Shown: positions 45,050-59,099 of the stretch, piece after piece
How the letters are laid out: every line of letters starts with the position of its first letter
Position numbering within the stretch: position 1 is the first letter of the stretch
Assembly (NCBI GenBank): GCA_023213395.1
Contig: CM041465.1
Location: forward strand, 186,627,741 to 186,691,740
DNA length: 64,000 nt
DNA from: Cycas panzhihuaensis
Taxonomy: Eukaryota > Plantae > Cycadophyta
Reading direction: 5' to 3'
Notes under the pieces: generated by a model
Told to the model about the DNA's origin: nothing
Databases searched by the model: none
Seen by the model: only the letters and a program-made list of their open reading frames with translations
Made by a program: the position numbers and the translations under genes

Positions 45050-47296
45050 TGTTGTAGTTAATAGTCATCACTTCACTCCATCAGTTTCCCACATATTCAC
45101 ATAAAAGTACTTGTTGTTATTTTTACTATAACTTTTCTATTTTATATCAAAATTTAATTCCATTAGCTTCGTTGGAAAGTTGACTCACTTCTCTTTGAAC
45201 TGACATAGTTTTTTATGTATTTTAATGTAGTTTTACTAATTTTTAAAAGCATTAAAATAGATGTACTTAATACCCTCTAATCTGCCATATTTACACATCT
45301 ACATATATTATTTCTCAAAAATTTCAACTGAAAATATATGAAGTAGCTCTCTAAACTTTATGTGACCATTTTACATTATTATATAAGTATTTTATTAATA
45401 TTTTTATACTATTTTGAGCTCCCTGCTCCTGTTAAGCCTCAAAAAAAGGTCTATAAATTTGGTTCATCAAAACTTGACTTGTGGGAACCTATTTTCAAAA
45501 CGGTTAGTTCCATTGAAAATATATTTTATTCATTTTTATATTTTTGTAATTTCACCTCATTCTGACATTATTTAGTATAGCTATGAAGCTACCAAACTTG
45601 AGCTTATCCTCTAAACCTTTCTTTTAAGGAGTACAATATTTTTTATTCAAAAGTTTCTTTATATTCGTTATATTTTAAAGTGAAAATACTTACATATATT
45701 TTAGTTTCAATATTATATAATATCAAAGAAAAGAATCTCTTACATTGAAAAAAATATTTACTTGTTCAAATTTATGGTTACTTATTTGAAGGATCAAAAG
45801 CTTAAAGAATTTTTTATTTTTCATCAAAATTTATTTTAGATTTGCTTAGGATATTTATTACATTCAAATTTACTCTTATATTCACTTTATCTCAAAGGTT
45901 ATTTAAAAGGCATACACTTATTGAAAAGGCTTTTTATCATTATTGAAAGGATCATTTCCTTTTTGTGCATAGTTGATTGACTTTCAAAGGGCATTACATC
46001 TCTTTCAAAAAGGTTATTTGAAATCATATATATTCATTAGTTTATTGATTTTTTTGACTTGGTAAAATGATACATTTTATGTACTATTTTTTTTTTTGAT
46101 AAAATGACATGATTTCCTATATTTAATGGGCACAATTTTTCACTTTGGCATAAGACTATGAAAGATAATTTCATTACATATAATCTTTAGAAATATTTAC
46201 AACATAAATATGATCTTAGTATTAAAGAAAATTTTAGAAAAGATAATGAAGTTTTAGGGTTATTATTTTGTACTATAAATGATGATGTTTTTTCAAAAGT
46301 TTGTGAATTAATAACTTCTAAATCTGTTTGGGATGTATTGTTTTCTACTTATGGGGGAGATACCCTCAATGTATTTGATGTTAATTTTATTGAGCATGTG
46401 AGACAAGTACAAGAACAAATAATTTATAATGAAAATACCAGTAAAGATTCAGATCAAATGTATGATCAACTTCTTACATAAGTATCTGATCCTCCATTTG
46501 AGGGGCATAATGAATCTTATGATATGACAACGAAAAGTTATGATGATTTTATAGTTGTTCATAAGACAAAGTCTTCAAAAGATAAAGTTCAAGTTTAAAG
46601 TTTTCTTAATGTTCGAGTTGACAAAGTCAAAGTTATAGCTATTCATCTTTGTACAAATCAAGCTTCATTCAATTATAGATTTTTTGCACCACTTCATGAT
46701 AAAAGGACATATATTGTTATAAGGATAAAGCAAGTTGATAAAGATCAAGTTAAGGAATAGATTTTGAAAGTTTTTTTTTAAGTACAAATTTCATAAGTTC
46801 AAAGAGAAGATACAAGTGTTCATGATGACCATTAAAGGGGGGAATATTGGAGTTAATAGTCATTACTCCATTCTCACCTTCCAACCAAAGGAGCACGTCT
46901 CATCTTCTTCAATTTACACATGTGGGTGCTTAACATTTGTAGGTAAGTTAAGGTAAGTTAATGTTAATGTGAGTTAAGTTTACTTTAAGTTAAGTTTGTA
47001 TTATTTTATTATAATTTAAATTTTAGGGATTGAAGAGTTTTCCTCCTCCCTTAAAATTATAAATATTGAAGGATGTGTAACCCTGGTGTCTTTAAACACT
47101 GCCCATATTGGGAAATTTGTAAAGCTCTCTCTCTCATCATAATGGATTGAATATACAACGATTCATGTTTATGCTACTATGCAACATTGTTTATATTGAT
47201 TTATGGTTCTATATTTATATTCTGCCATGTTCTCTTGTAATTTTTATTTCCTTTATTTAGTATTAGAGCATAGTTTAGCTCCATTATTTTCCTATA
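45050..47296 (+). mobile_element. Nested gag-only (TR-GAG-like) non-autonomous LTR element
   Basis: TSD tcctt (45045-49, 47297-301); removing the element restores host KKIGKGCVF. Starts tgttgtagttaatagtc. gag remnant from 46104 (PIFNGHNFSLWHKTMK...RKDNEVLGLLFCTINDDVFSKVCELITSKSVWDVL). PPT 46834-46844. LTR from 46845. Confidence 0.8.
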
Positions 47297-50200
47297 TCCT
47301 TTACCTATTTTCTTACTATGCTCAATAGTAGGTAGTCCAATCACCATGTATACTTTCTTCATTAAGGCTAAATTATTGTAGTTTATATAGCCAAATCTTT
47401 TGTACCATGTTTCACTATCCATGTTAGTTGATGCCTTTAAGGCATAATAATCTATTAGGAGAATGACTAGTTTAAAGATCGTGTTATTAGTAATTTATCC
47501 TTTAGCCACTATTATTTTGTTCCTTAGTTTATTTTTTATAGTGCACTTCCTATTGTTAAAGATTATCTTGTATTTTTTATCTATTATATATCCCACTAAT
47601 AGCAAATTTTTATTAAGTGCTAGGACAGGAAGTATACCATTTATGTAGCTTATTTCTCTAAAATATGTTTATATAGAAACATTCCCTTTACCAACTACTA
47701 CTTGAGTGGTGTTATCACCAAACATAATTTTACTTTTCTTAGTGTTGTCTAATTCTTTAAACTACTCTTCTTTATGAGTCATATATGTAGAACATTCTAA
47801 ATTTATGTACCAACTATCTTCTTCCTCATTGGCTATAAAACTTAATAAAAATAATCTTTTATTTTACTTTTCTTCATCAGTTGTATTAGTAATTTCCCTT
47901 TATAGATTAGATCTCTTTGCAAAGTAATTTTCTTCCAAGTACCTATTTCTTTAGTAATAAGAACATTGGATTGTTCCTCTACCCCTTGGACTTCTTCCTC
48001 TTTGTCCTTGGTTTCTACCCATAGGACTTTAACCTCTACCTCTTCATTGAGATACAAAATTTTATCTTTAGCCTTGATTAGATTAGCCTTGAAAATATCT
48101 TTATCCTTGAAATTAATTTTGTCCTTGATAGAAGTGACTTGGACATTATCTTTGATGATGCCCTTAACCTTGGTAAACTTGATCTTATCTTTGAATATGC
48201 TTTTAATTTTTAGTTTGTTAAACTTTTCCTCTAGGGGATTGTCCTCTATCCCTAAAGCTTTACCCTTGAAATGTAGGCCTGATTTTTACCTTAGTGGTAA
48301 ATTCATATTTAAGAAACTTACTCCCTCCATTTTTCTCTTCCATAACTAGCAATAATACACTTAATTGATCTATCTTAAGGGTACTTAGGTCCTTAAAGAC
48401 CTTAATACTTATGGAAATTATCTCAAATATTTTTATATCACCTATACATCTCAAAATCGTTTAAACTACTCTTTGTTCACTTATGACTTCTCTTAAGGCC
48501 CTTATTTGATTGAATAGGCCTTAAATTTTTATGATGAAGTTATTTACACCTTTATTATTATTTATCTTTGAGTTCTCAAACTTGCTCCTCAAAGTTTGAA
48601 GTTTCAATGTAATTGCTCCTTCATAAGTGGTCTTTAGTACATCTCATACTTCCTTCAATATAAATGCTTTACTAACTTTTAGAAATATATGATCCTCCAA
48701 AGCATAAAAGATAAGTTCCAAATCTTGATTATCTTGTTTCTCATTCTCCTTAAAGAACTAATATTTAGAAATTAATTAAAATAAGTTATAGCCTCAAATA
48801 TTAGAGTAGATGAATGAAATCTATTTTTGTATCTAAAGATATGTAGGAACTAATTGAAATAGGTTATGGACTACTTGTTGGGTACCATAACATTAGTAAT
48901 ACTCAAGGCCATAATGAGAAAAGAATACCTTAAAAAATAACTGCTTGAAAAGTAAAGTGCTTGAAAATAAATACTAAAAAAAACATTTAAAGAAGGTAAT
49001 AAAAGCACTCAAAAAAAGCAAGTAAGACTTGTCCCACTTCAGCCTCAAGACTTGCACAAGTGTCCTAATTAAGACTTAACCTCTTCTTAAGTAAGATTTT
49101 TATATTGATAATATTTACAAATAAAAATTTTACTAGTTTATCTAAGGGTCATCATGTAGGAAGCTCAAAACTAGTATCAAATTTAATCATTAAAATATTA
49201 CATCAAATGATTTCAAAAGGTCTTAAAATATTATCCACTCAATAGAGGATTGAAATAAGGACCTAATGTCTCAAACAACACTCAATTCTAACTTAAAATG
49301 AGCAAGTTATGCATTAAAATATACAAGGAGGTCAAGAGGTTAAAAGGCCTTTTAGTGTATAAAACTCAAAGAAAATTTTCATCAAATTTCAACCATTAAA
49401 AAGACATCAAATGAAGACCAAACATGGTCATATAACCACTCATTTTATTTGGGTGGAAATATAGAATGCCTTGAAGCTATTAGAACTGAAATTAGACCCT
49501 ATTGGTGTCCACTATCATTGCTAAAGTAAAAATAGGTACTAGTTCTAAATTAACCTCTTTGAAAAATGAATAAGCCCCTTTAAAATAATGAACTCCTAAT
49601 TACTTTAATCTACAATGTAACCTACAGGTTGTATGATAATGACTGTAAGGCAACAAAACTTCATTGAAATATAAAACATACTAATAGCTTTACCAAACTA
49701 TCTTTGCAATCTTTACACTTAACTTTCAAGATTGAGGCTACCTTTGTGATAAAATATGTATGTATGAGACTAGAGATAACTATCAAATAATCCCTTAATG
49801 TATTTAGATAGTCAATCAATTAATCACATAAGGGGCCTCACAATGATGAATACACTAAGTATGTAAAAGAAAGATGCCTATAGATAGATTATAATTTGTA
49901 TTACTATTTATAGACATTCATTTATAAGGTTCATATAGATAATTATGACTATATGTATATCAACCAAGTGTAATTAAGATGACAATTGATGGCTACATTA
50001 GCTAAATTTTATTGGCATGTATAAACAAATGAAAGATGGAATTATAGTAACACAGTAGATGAAATAGTATTAGCTAAATACAAGCATACAAAAGATGCAA
50101 ATATAATGGTGCAAAGTATTATGAAATCTACATAGATTATTTTGCAAAGTCCATGCAGTTATTGGTGATATGTATTATTGTATTAAAGGAATAAATATAT

Positions 50201-51884
50201 ACAAAATTTGCATATACTATTTATAAAATAATGTAGCCATTAAAACATAATGTAAAATATATAAAATCAAAACTTTTTACATATGATGCAAATATTGGTA
50301 TGTGCACTCAAGGAAGGAAGTCATATTGCTTAATGAAGTTATATTATATGCAAATGAGAATAAATGACTACACACACATACACACACACACACACACACA
50401 TATATGGTTAAGCATTAAGCTGGTCCATATCAATGTTCTAAAATTTACGGTAATTAATTTTTTCTCCTTAGCACTGAGGACAAATTTAGATGAAAGGAAG
50501 GGATGCAAGTTAAAAAAGGAGAGCATCCAAAGAGGTAAACAAAGGCTATAAATAATCTTTAAGAACTAAGATAGATGTTCGTGAACATAGTTAATCCTTA
50601 GTTATATGTATCAACATGCAACGGAAAGGTATCCAATGCTTCCTTGATCCAAAAGGATAACATGAATCATTTGATAAATGGACCATCGATTTTATAAAGA
50701 AGCAAGTAAATTTAACCAAAAGCGAGGCAAAAAAATGTATACAAGATCTCTACTACTCTATGCAGAGGAGTTGTAAGTTAGACATCTATCGAGAAATATA
50801 GTGAACAAATACATATTAAATTTCTTAACTAGATCTAAATTCTATTTGGATGAGATAAGATGAGAGATAAGACAACTGCTTCTCTAGTTGGGACAAGACC
50901 AACTACTAACCAGGCAAGACAAACTCTTTTAGAGAGACCACTATCATGCTAATTATTAATAGCTAGAACACATGCCAATGGATATAAATAGGCACTATGC
51001 TAAATGTTATTAGGGGCCTGCGCTATATTCATTTGGGAAAAAATTACATGTATAAACTAGATAGATGAGTGAGATGATGCAAAGATGTAACTCCAAACAC
51101 TCCACTTGATCGGTGGTTTCTATAACCTCACATATACATAATTGTAATGATACAAATAATAGATTCAATACAAAGATAATAATATATATTAGATATAAGG
51201 ATGAGAGACATAAAATAAAAAGAAAATATTGTATATACATAAATATACAAGAGAGTGTATATATACCAACCATGCATATAATAAACTCTTCACATATTCC
51301 TCCATATATAGCTTCTTAAATGTAGCTCTAAGCATTTGAGCAATGGCTCTGAATGCTTGAATGAATCTCTACAAATAAGGAAGACAACTATAATACCAAA
51401 TGATAGAAATAGAAAACAAAGGGAGTAAAATGATAATGCAAGAAACGGAGAACCATAATTCATGAGGATGGTCATGTTGATAAACACCAGAGTTACTGAA
51501 CCCCATGAATAAATAAGTTAGACTAAGAGGGATTTGACACACCTCTCAAAGTCTACTATCGACTAGCATTGATAAATACCTAACATGCTACTACTAAAGT
51601 ATCTCTGCTAATCTAGGTTATCATCCTAATGCAAGTTATCTCTATAAGGTGGATATGAGTCCCAATATGAGCATTATTCCAATAAAGAATATAGATTATT
51701 TTTATTATAAATTAATGAAAATAAAGCTTATTTAGTTGTTGTGTTATATATTCTTTGCACACTAGCGAGTATAACATAAGGGAGTTACATATAGAAATTG
51801 AAAAGGTCATTTTTAACCATCCAGAGGTTAAAAATTGACTCTCTATTTATGTAAAAAAAACCTATATTGTAGGTGAAGTTGAGG

Positions 51885-51888
<4 letters not shown>

Positions 51889-51963
<75 letters not shown>
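51889..51963. repeat. (AT)n(AG)n compound microsatellite
   Basis: Directly visible. Confidence 0.95.
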
Positions 51964-51965
<2 letters not shown>

Positions 51966-53144
51966 CCCTTGGGGATACGATTAAAATGATGGATTTTATT
52001 TTATTGGAGGACCTAAGGAGTGAAGGCAAATATAATATGTTTTTCCTCAAAATCTTTTTCTCTACAAAAGAATAATATTCCCATAATAAAGTATATATGT
52101 TGCCATGAGTTTACATCTAAAAATACTTACAAGAAGTGTATAAAAGCCTATATAAAAGATTATTATAGTATATATATTTGGCCTCATAGAGGCCATTAAA
52201 GGTTACCTATATTATATTTCTTTTTAAAAAAGAAAGAAAAAAAGATGAATTATTTATATTAACCTAAAGAGGTCAACTTAGAAAACACATAGCAATAAAG
52301 GTTAATATTGTAGGTACTTTGAATAGTGTTTAAGAGAATAACACAAAACCAATATTCATAGCTATAAGAAGATATTCTCTATAAGATAAAAGGGATAGTC
52401 CATAATGTTTATGTTAAAGGACAGCAAGTGAGAGATGACATAGGCAAAAAAGAGATAGATGCCTCAAACTTGGGCAATGTAATGATCATACATAGACATA
52501 AAACATCTAAAGATCATGCCTATAACATGCTTCTAGATAATGAAACCCTATGGTCATAACACAGGGGAGGTCACCCACCTAGTGGTGATCCACATGCATG
52601 GTGGAAGAATAGTTATAGGCTTCTATAACTCATGAAGAGCTTATTATCACATGAAAACTTGAGAGCATGAGAGCTTATTATAAGAAGGAAGCCATGGCAG
52701 GTAATACTATGTTAAATACAAATCTTATTATAAAACTAAAGAACATGAAGTTAAGCACAAATATAAAGATAATGAAGGGAAGTGGTCAAACTCTCAAGAA
52801 GGAAGGAAATCTTGATGGTAAAGTTGTAAATTTTACCTCTACAAATTGTCACCCTATACAAAACCCTAAATTACTATTTTGGTTGATTTGATTTTAAGGG
52901 TAATCAATTTTTTTTTTCTAAATAAAGATTTTTTATGAGTTTTTAATAAAGACACCAAAATTAATAGGGTATATTTTTAAAATTTTATACTTCTAAAAAA
53001 ATATTTAATTATATTTTATAAATTTTTAGTTTTACAATAGCTCCCTTGATGTTAGCCCCTAGTTATATGGAGACTACACATGACTACCATCTTATCAACA
53101 AAATGGGTTAAGCCTCTATTTTTACCTTCCCAAAAAATCACCTT

Positions 53145-56100
53145 TCTTAGAATCTAAAATTTGAGTTTAATATCATATTGTGATGTAATGAGTATACCTA
53201 ATAGAAATATAAATACATATATAATGAAGAATTATCTCATGAAGAATATACATATATAAAGTAATATACATGAATATAAAGTAATAATAAAAAGTATTCA
53301 TGCACCAAGCATTTACCACATGAGAGACACCATATTTGTATATGGAAAACCCAGTGTGGAAAAAACTATGGGAGAAGGTAGAGTTTAGAGCTTCTCTTAG
53401 ATATTAGAATTATCACATCTCTAGGTTAAATATCCTTCTTTAGTTCTTAAGTGGTATGTGTACATATTTATAATTTCTCTTAAACCTTTGTATTATCTAA
53501 TAGTATATTTATACGAATATATATGCGAATCACATCTCTCAATCTATTCAATTGGTAAGGTTCTATATATTTTCATATCATTGATAGTAAACATTACATA
53601 TGTGATAATATCACATATTTTAATATCCCCCCTTAATGTTTAATGTCTTTTAATCTTTCTTCATCTCCTTGGTCTTTCTTGTCTTTAAGTTCTCATATCT
53701 AATAAATCTATAACCTGTATTAAAATCTATATCAAGCTATATAAATTTGTATCAAGCATCATCACGTATAACTTATAAATGCATCAATAATTATATTATC
53801 CATCAAGCTTATCTCTTACAAGTATTAACCTGTAAAATGTTTGTAATAAACATATCACCATCCCATACGTAGTCATCTATAATATTTAGTGACTAACTAT
53901 GGATAACTAACCTATGATTTTCTACAAGATATGAATCCATATCTTCCAAAAAGAACACCCCTAATTAAAGATTTTTAAGATTAATTTTTACAACATTTCC
54001 CAACTCAAGTACATGACTAGATTTGCTTATGATTTTGGAATTGAATAAAAGATTTTTTTATAGATGATTTATATGGAGAATAAAGGAAAATATATATTAT
54101 AGTTGCCCACAAAGAATCGATACCTATAGATACAAAGAAGAAATTAAAACCCTTATTTTTCCATATGAAGGATACAATACCACCATTGCGTGGAGTGGAG
54201 AGAAAGAGAGATGATTATGTAACCTCATTTTATTTAATTTAATATCTCTAGGTTTATGTAGTTGTATTATATGGAGTATTATTTTTTTCTACTACAGATC
54301 CATCATAGAATAGTAGATCTTTGATTAATAATGTCTAATGTTCTACTTTTGATCTACTTAATCCTTAAAAAACCTAACACCTTTGAATCCATAATATAGA
54401 AATGATTGAGCCACACATAGAAATCTATTAAAGTCTATTGTAGAGTGAAATCAACATAATCAAATATAGATTGGATCACTCATGAAGAAATCACAACCCT
54501 ACGCCATTGTCCATGGAGGAAGAGAAGATAACATAAATATAATTATAGCCATAAACTTGATTGATTTGTAATTTTTGTGCACTAATATCATTTGATTTGT
54601 GTAGTAGGAAGAAGACAAGTTCATCACAAATCAAATCAATAAAGAGAAGAAAATTTTGCATAGATTTTTTGATGAAATAAAAGAATTTACATTTGATTTT
54701 AAAAATTTAATTATTTTGGGTAATTTTTTAAGTCTGTGGATTTGAAAAAAATTATAAGATAGATTTAATTTTTTTTATATTTATAGAACTTAATTAAACT
54801 ATATTTCATAATATTTAGAATATATGAAACCCCCTTAGCATTCAACAAATGGTCATATGGACTTAGCATATGACCAACACCCTTAGCTAAAGGGGGCTAA
54901 ATAAATTTTCTTAAGGATCGCGCATTATTTCATGGCATATTAGCATATTTTTTACCATAACTTTTCATTAGAGTATCCATTTTTCATCTTGTCAATTATG
55001 TTAGAAAGATAATTTTAAGATAATTGAAATAAGTAATCAAAAGACATATTTTAAAAATCAGATTATAAAGATATAAATTAGTGAAGTTAATCAAAGTACT
55101 CTTATCCTCATAAAAATTATATTTTATAACTTAAAAAGAAAAATCATATATTTTGATATTTTCAAAGGCTTCCAATATGATGATAATGTTATTTTTTATT
55201 GATAAAGAAAGGAAAAGGAAGTTTCATTTAAAATGAAATAATTTAAGCCTCATTTATTATATTTGAAGTCCTAAATCTAATGAAAAATACATGAACTAGG
55301 ATATATTTAATATGATATTGATATATTCTTAAAATATTGGATATGAAAATCTCCCTTGGAATTTACACATTTAGTTTAGTGGATATACAACATAAGCCAA
55401 ATGATAGATCACCTAATTTATTTGGTCACATATTTTTAAATGAATAAATTTGGACACTTATTTAATGATGATAACATCACCTAATCTTGATGAAGAGTCA
55501 AATTTATTTGTTTAATATTAGAAAGATAATTTATTATTAATAATTCCACGTATTTTATGAGATAAAGAGAAAAAGTCTCATATGTTTATTACTTGGTACA
55601 CTAATTCAGTTGTTGAGATTATTCAACTAATAACAAAAAGTGTTTATCAGCTAGAAATTTGATTGACCATGTATGAGAAGAGGCATAGAAACATATTTTT
55701 TAAGTTATCTTATTATAACTAACTTATCTTGGTCAAGTAGTTTGCATATTCCTAGATTTAATATATTTAGTTTATTTATTTACTAATATTGTTAATTAAT
55801 AGTTACCAAAAGAAAGTTGCAAGCATATAGAAGTGCCAATAGAGGTAGCACATAATATATTTACTTATACACAAGAGTCAAGATGATGCTACACTTGTTT
55901 GTTGATGAATCACGTACATGAAACACTTTCTATAGAATTAATGATTATAATGACTATTTACCCATGAATTTTAGTAGATGGTTATTATTTTATATAGACA
56001 TCATAATTATTGTTAAGATTATTAATGGTTGGTTAGCAAGTGATGATTGGTAATAGCTTCACAAGTGAAAGTATGAAGATGTTCATAAAACATTTTATAT

Positions 56101-57675
56101 ATTAGTCGATGTTTATGTTTGATGGATGATGATTGATGATACTTATAGGTTGGTTATTCATAGTTAGCCACTAATGATCACATATGACTACATATAGGAT
56201 GATTGCAAGTTTATTATAGATATTTTATAGGTTAATAACTTATTTTATATATGTAGACTCAAATCCTAACATGCAAATATACAAGTAACATAGTTCTAAT
56301 TTAATATTATATCCATATATTGAATCAACTACTTCATGTTATCTTATAGCTGCTTTAAATCCAACTCATACCTATTAAAATAACTTTTATTTCTCTCCTA
56401 ATAAACCATTTATTAAACAAATAAAATTTTATTATAAATATACCCTCAATTATTTTATAATGCCCTTAAATAATGACACCCTTATAAATATCAAATCGCA
56501 TTTCATGCCATTATAATATAATGATTCAACATATACTATATACCTTTAATTTGTTATTTAGTATTACCTTATACTTATCTTAGTTTAGCACTTATTATAC
56601 TGTGCATGATTATTGCTTGTTTGATAGATTAACGAGATACTAGGTTGCATCTTATATCTTCATTAGTTGCTAATTATGAGGTTAAGTGAAGTGACCAGTT
56701 TCATAAAATCTTAATTACATTTGTAAGGGGTTAATTCACATTAGTGATTTTAATTAGTAATTATTAGCTTTCCTCATCATATCTAGTAGATTTTCTTTAA
56801 ATACTTGTATGCATCGAGAACATATGGTACCACATGCTTAAATAATTATCCATATAAATTTAAATTAACATTCTACCAGTATTACTATTTTATCATGCAG
56901 CTTCATCACAATTGTATGTGGGTTCATATCTTTACATAGATCTTAATTAATTTCCTTTTGCCCTAGAATCATAGTCATATGTCACTAGCATAACTAGCAT
57001 ATTCAAATTTTTAGCTCATCAAATACACCTCATAATTGGCTCCTATATTGCCTCTATCACTATTATGTCATTGGTATATTGGCTTATCAATCTGACTTAA
57101 ATAGGCTTTTTCTCTACTTGCATAAGATCTTTCATAACATGGCTAACAACTAAGCTCTAATACCATGTTGAAATTTAGAATTTAAGTTTGATATCATGTT
57201 ATGATGTAATGAGTATATGTAATAGAAATCTAATATACATGTATAATAACGAATTATCTCATAAAGAATGTACATATATAAAGTAATATATATACATATA
57301 AAGTAATAATAGAAAGTATTTATGCATCAAGTATTTACCATATGAGAGATAATAGATTTATATATGGAAAACCCAATGTGAAAAAAACCATGGGAGAAGG
57401 TGAAGTTTGGAGCTCTTCTTAGATATCAAAATTATTACATCTTTAATTCAAAGATCTTTCTTAATTTCTCAAGTGGTGTGTGTACATATTTATATCAATA
57501 GTCACCTCATTAGTAGCCTATAATTCTTCTTGAGCCTTTATATCATTCAATAGAATATTTATATGGATATGTATACATATTACATCTCTTAATGTATCTA
57601 ATTGGTGGGATTATGTATATGTTTATGTCATTAGCATTAAACATTATATATAATATAATATCATATATTTTAATA
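53145..57675 (-). mobile_element. Non-autonomous LARD-like LTR element with no recognisable gag-pol
   Basis: LTR pair 53145-53625 and 57166-57675, colinear over ~480-510 bp. PBS rc gctctaatacca 57154-57165. PPT rc tccccccttaatg 53626-53638. Confidence 0.85.
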
Positions 57676-59099
57676 ATATTTAAATTTTTAACTATATCTT
57701 AAGCATATAGATTCTAATTTCAATTCCATTAGTTGTATTAGATTCATAAATGAGAGCTCTTTGATTTGACATGTCAATTAATAAAATTTAGAGCTAATTT
57801 GAAGTAGAAAACTTGCTCTTTTTTTTTTTTTAATTAAATTACTTTTTTATAATATTTTTAGTATTTTTAGATATATTGATGTATTTTTAAAGGTTCCATT
57901 ATATTTGTTATATATTATATTAACATAATATACTCAAATAGGGAGGTAAAATGTAAAAATTATCATATAGGCTCATTTTAAGCTTTTTAAACTAATTTAT
58001 CATTAGAGTGAGTCATTATTCATTATATTTAAGCTATATATAACTTTTAGTCATATTTATGATATTATTATTAGATATTATAGCCCATTGTCATAATTTT
58101 AGAGTTAATTAAGGTATTTTTAAGCTCATAATGGTAATTTGAGGCTATAAATCCCTTGTAAGTCCATAATACCTTTTGTTTTTGAAATAGATACTAAAGA
58201 GCTACTTATAGTATCCCATATTGATAAGAGATAGGACCCATTTCTTTATACTACTCTTGCATATTTCTTCAACTTAGCAATTAGTTGTATAGGATGATGT
58301 GTTCCTTAGGTGAAGTTGACTTGACATTAATTATTCCATATATACAAAAGATCATCTTATTAACTAATGGTCACAATTATCGGTTACTTATATGGTCTAG
58401 CAGATGGAGCCTACTTTATACAGATGTTAGTAACACTTTATATTTCATTGTAATAATTTGATCTAACACCATTTGAAGACTCAAAATTATATTTTGATAT
58501 GACATTTTTATTTGGTATAATTTACTATTATAGGGAGTAATGTTTGGTGTAATATCTAATTACATCCTTACCCTATTCATATTTTGTATGTATTTTTAGA
58601 TTATTATATTATTGATTGCCTTAAGTTGTGTACTGTATTGAAATATATGGTAGCACACAATAGTTAACCTTAAGGGTCTCACACATGTGATAAGTTGTAT
58701 TATTAGTATGCATATTATGTTTTACCTAATTTAAAGTTTAGTCATTCTTTCACTATTCTTTATGTTTCACTTGTGCATACTTCATTCTTACTGAGCTTAT
58801 TATTTTATTCTTTCACTCACCACTCCTTGTTTATTGTTAGGTCTATATTATATACTTCCACCTTATTCTAACATAGTGGCATCATAATTTCACATTCTAA
58901 TTCTAATATCATTGATGCTACATATATTCATAAAATAAATACTCTCCCACTAATTTATTTCTCTCTTATAAATAATATCTGTCAACATCTTTATTCATTC
59001 TACAAACCAATGAGTCTATAATATCACTAAATATTTTGTAATTATCCCTTTCTTTATTGCTTTTAAATATTGGATAATTTATAGACCATATCTTTATAA

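Larger units (their letters stand above)
36985..51684 (-). mobile_element. Old Ty1/copia host element with two nested insertions
   Basis: 3' LTR remnant ~36985-37281 with PPT (rc attctcccct). RH/RT 37310-38800. INT 39000-39595 and 44903-45049. Pre-INT/PR/gag 47297-48912. 5' LTR ~51005-51684 aligns with the 3' LTR remnant, differing mostly by transitions. Confidence 0.85.
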
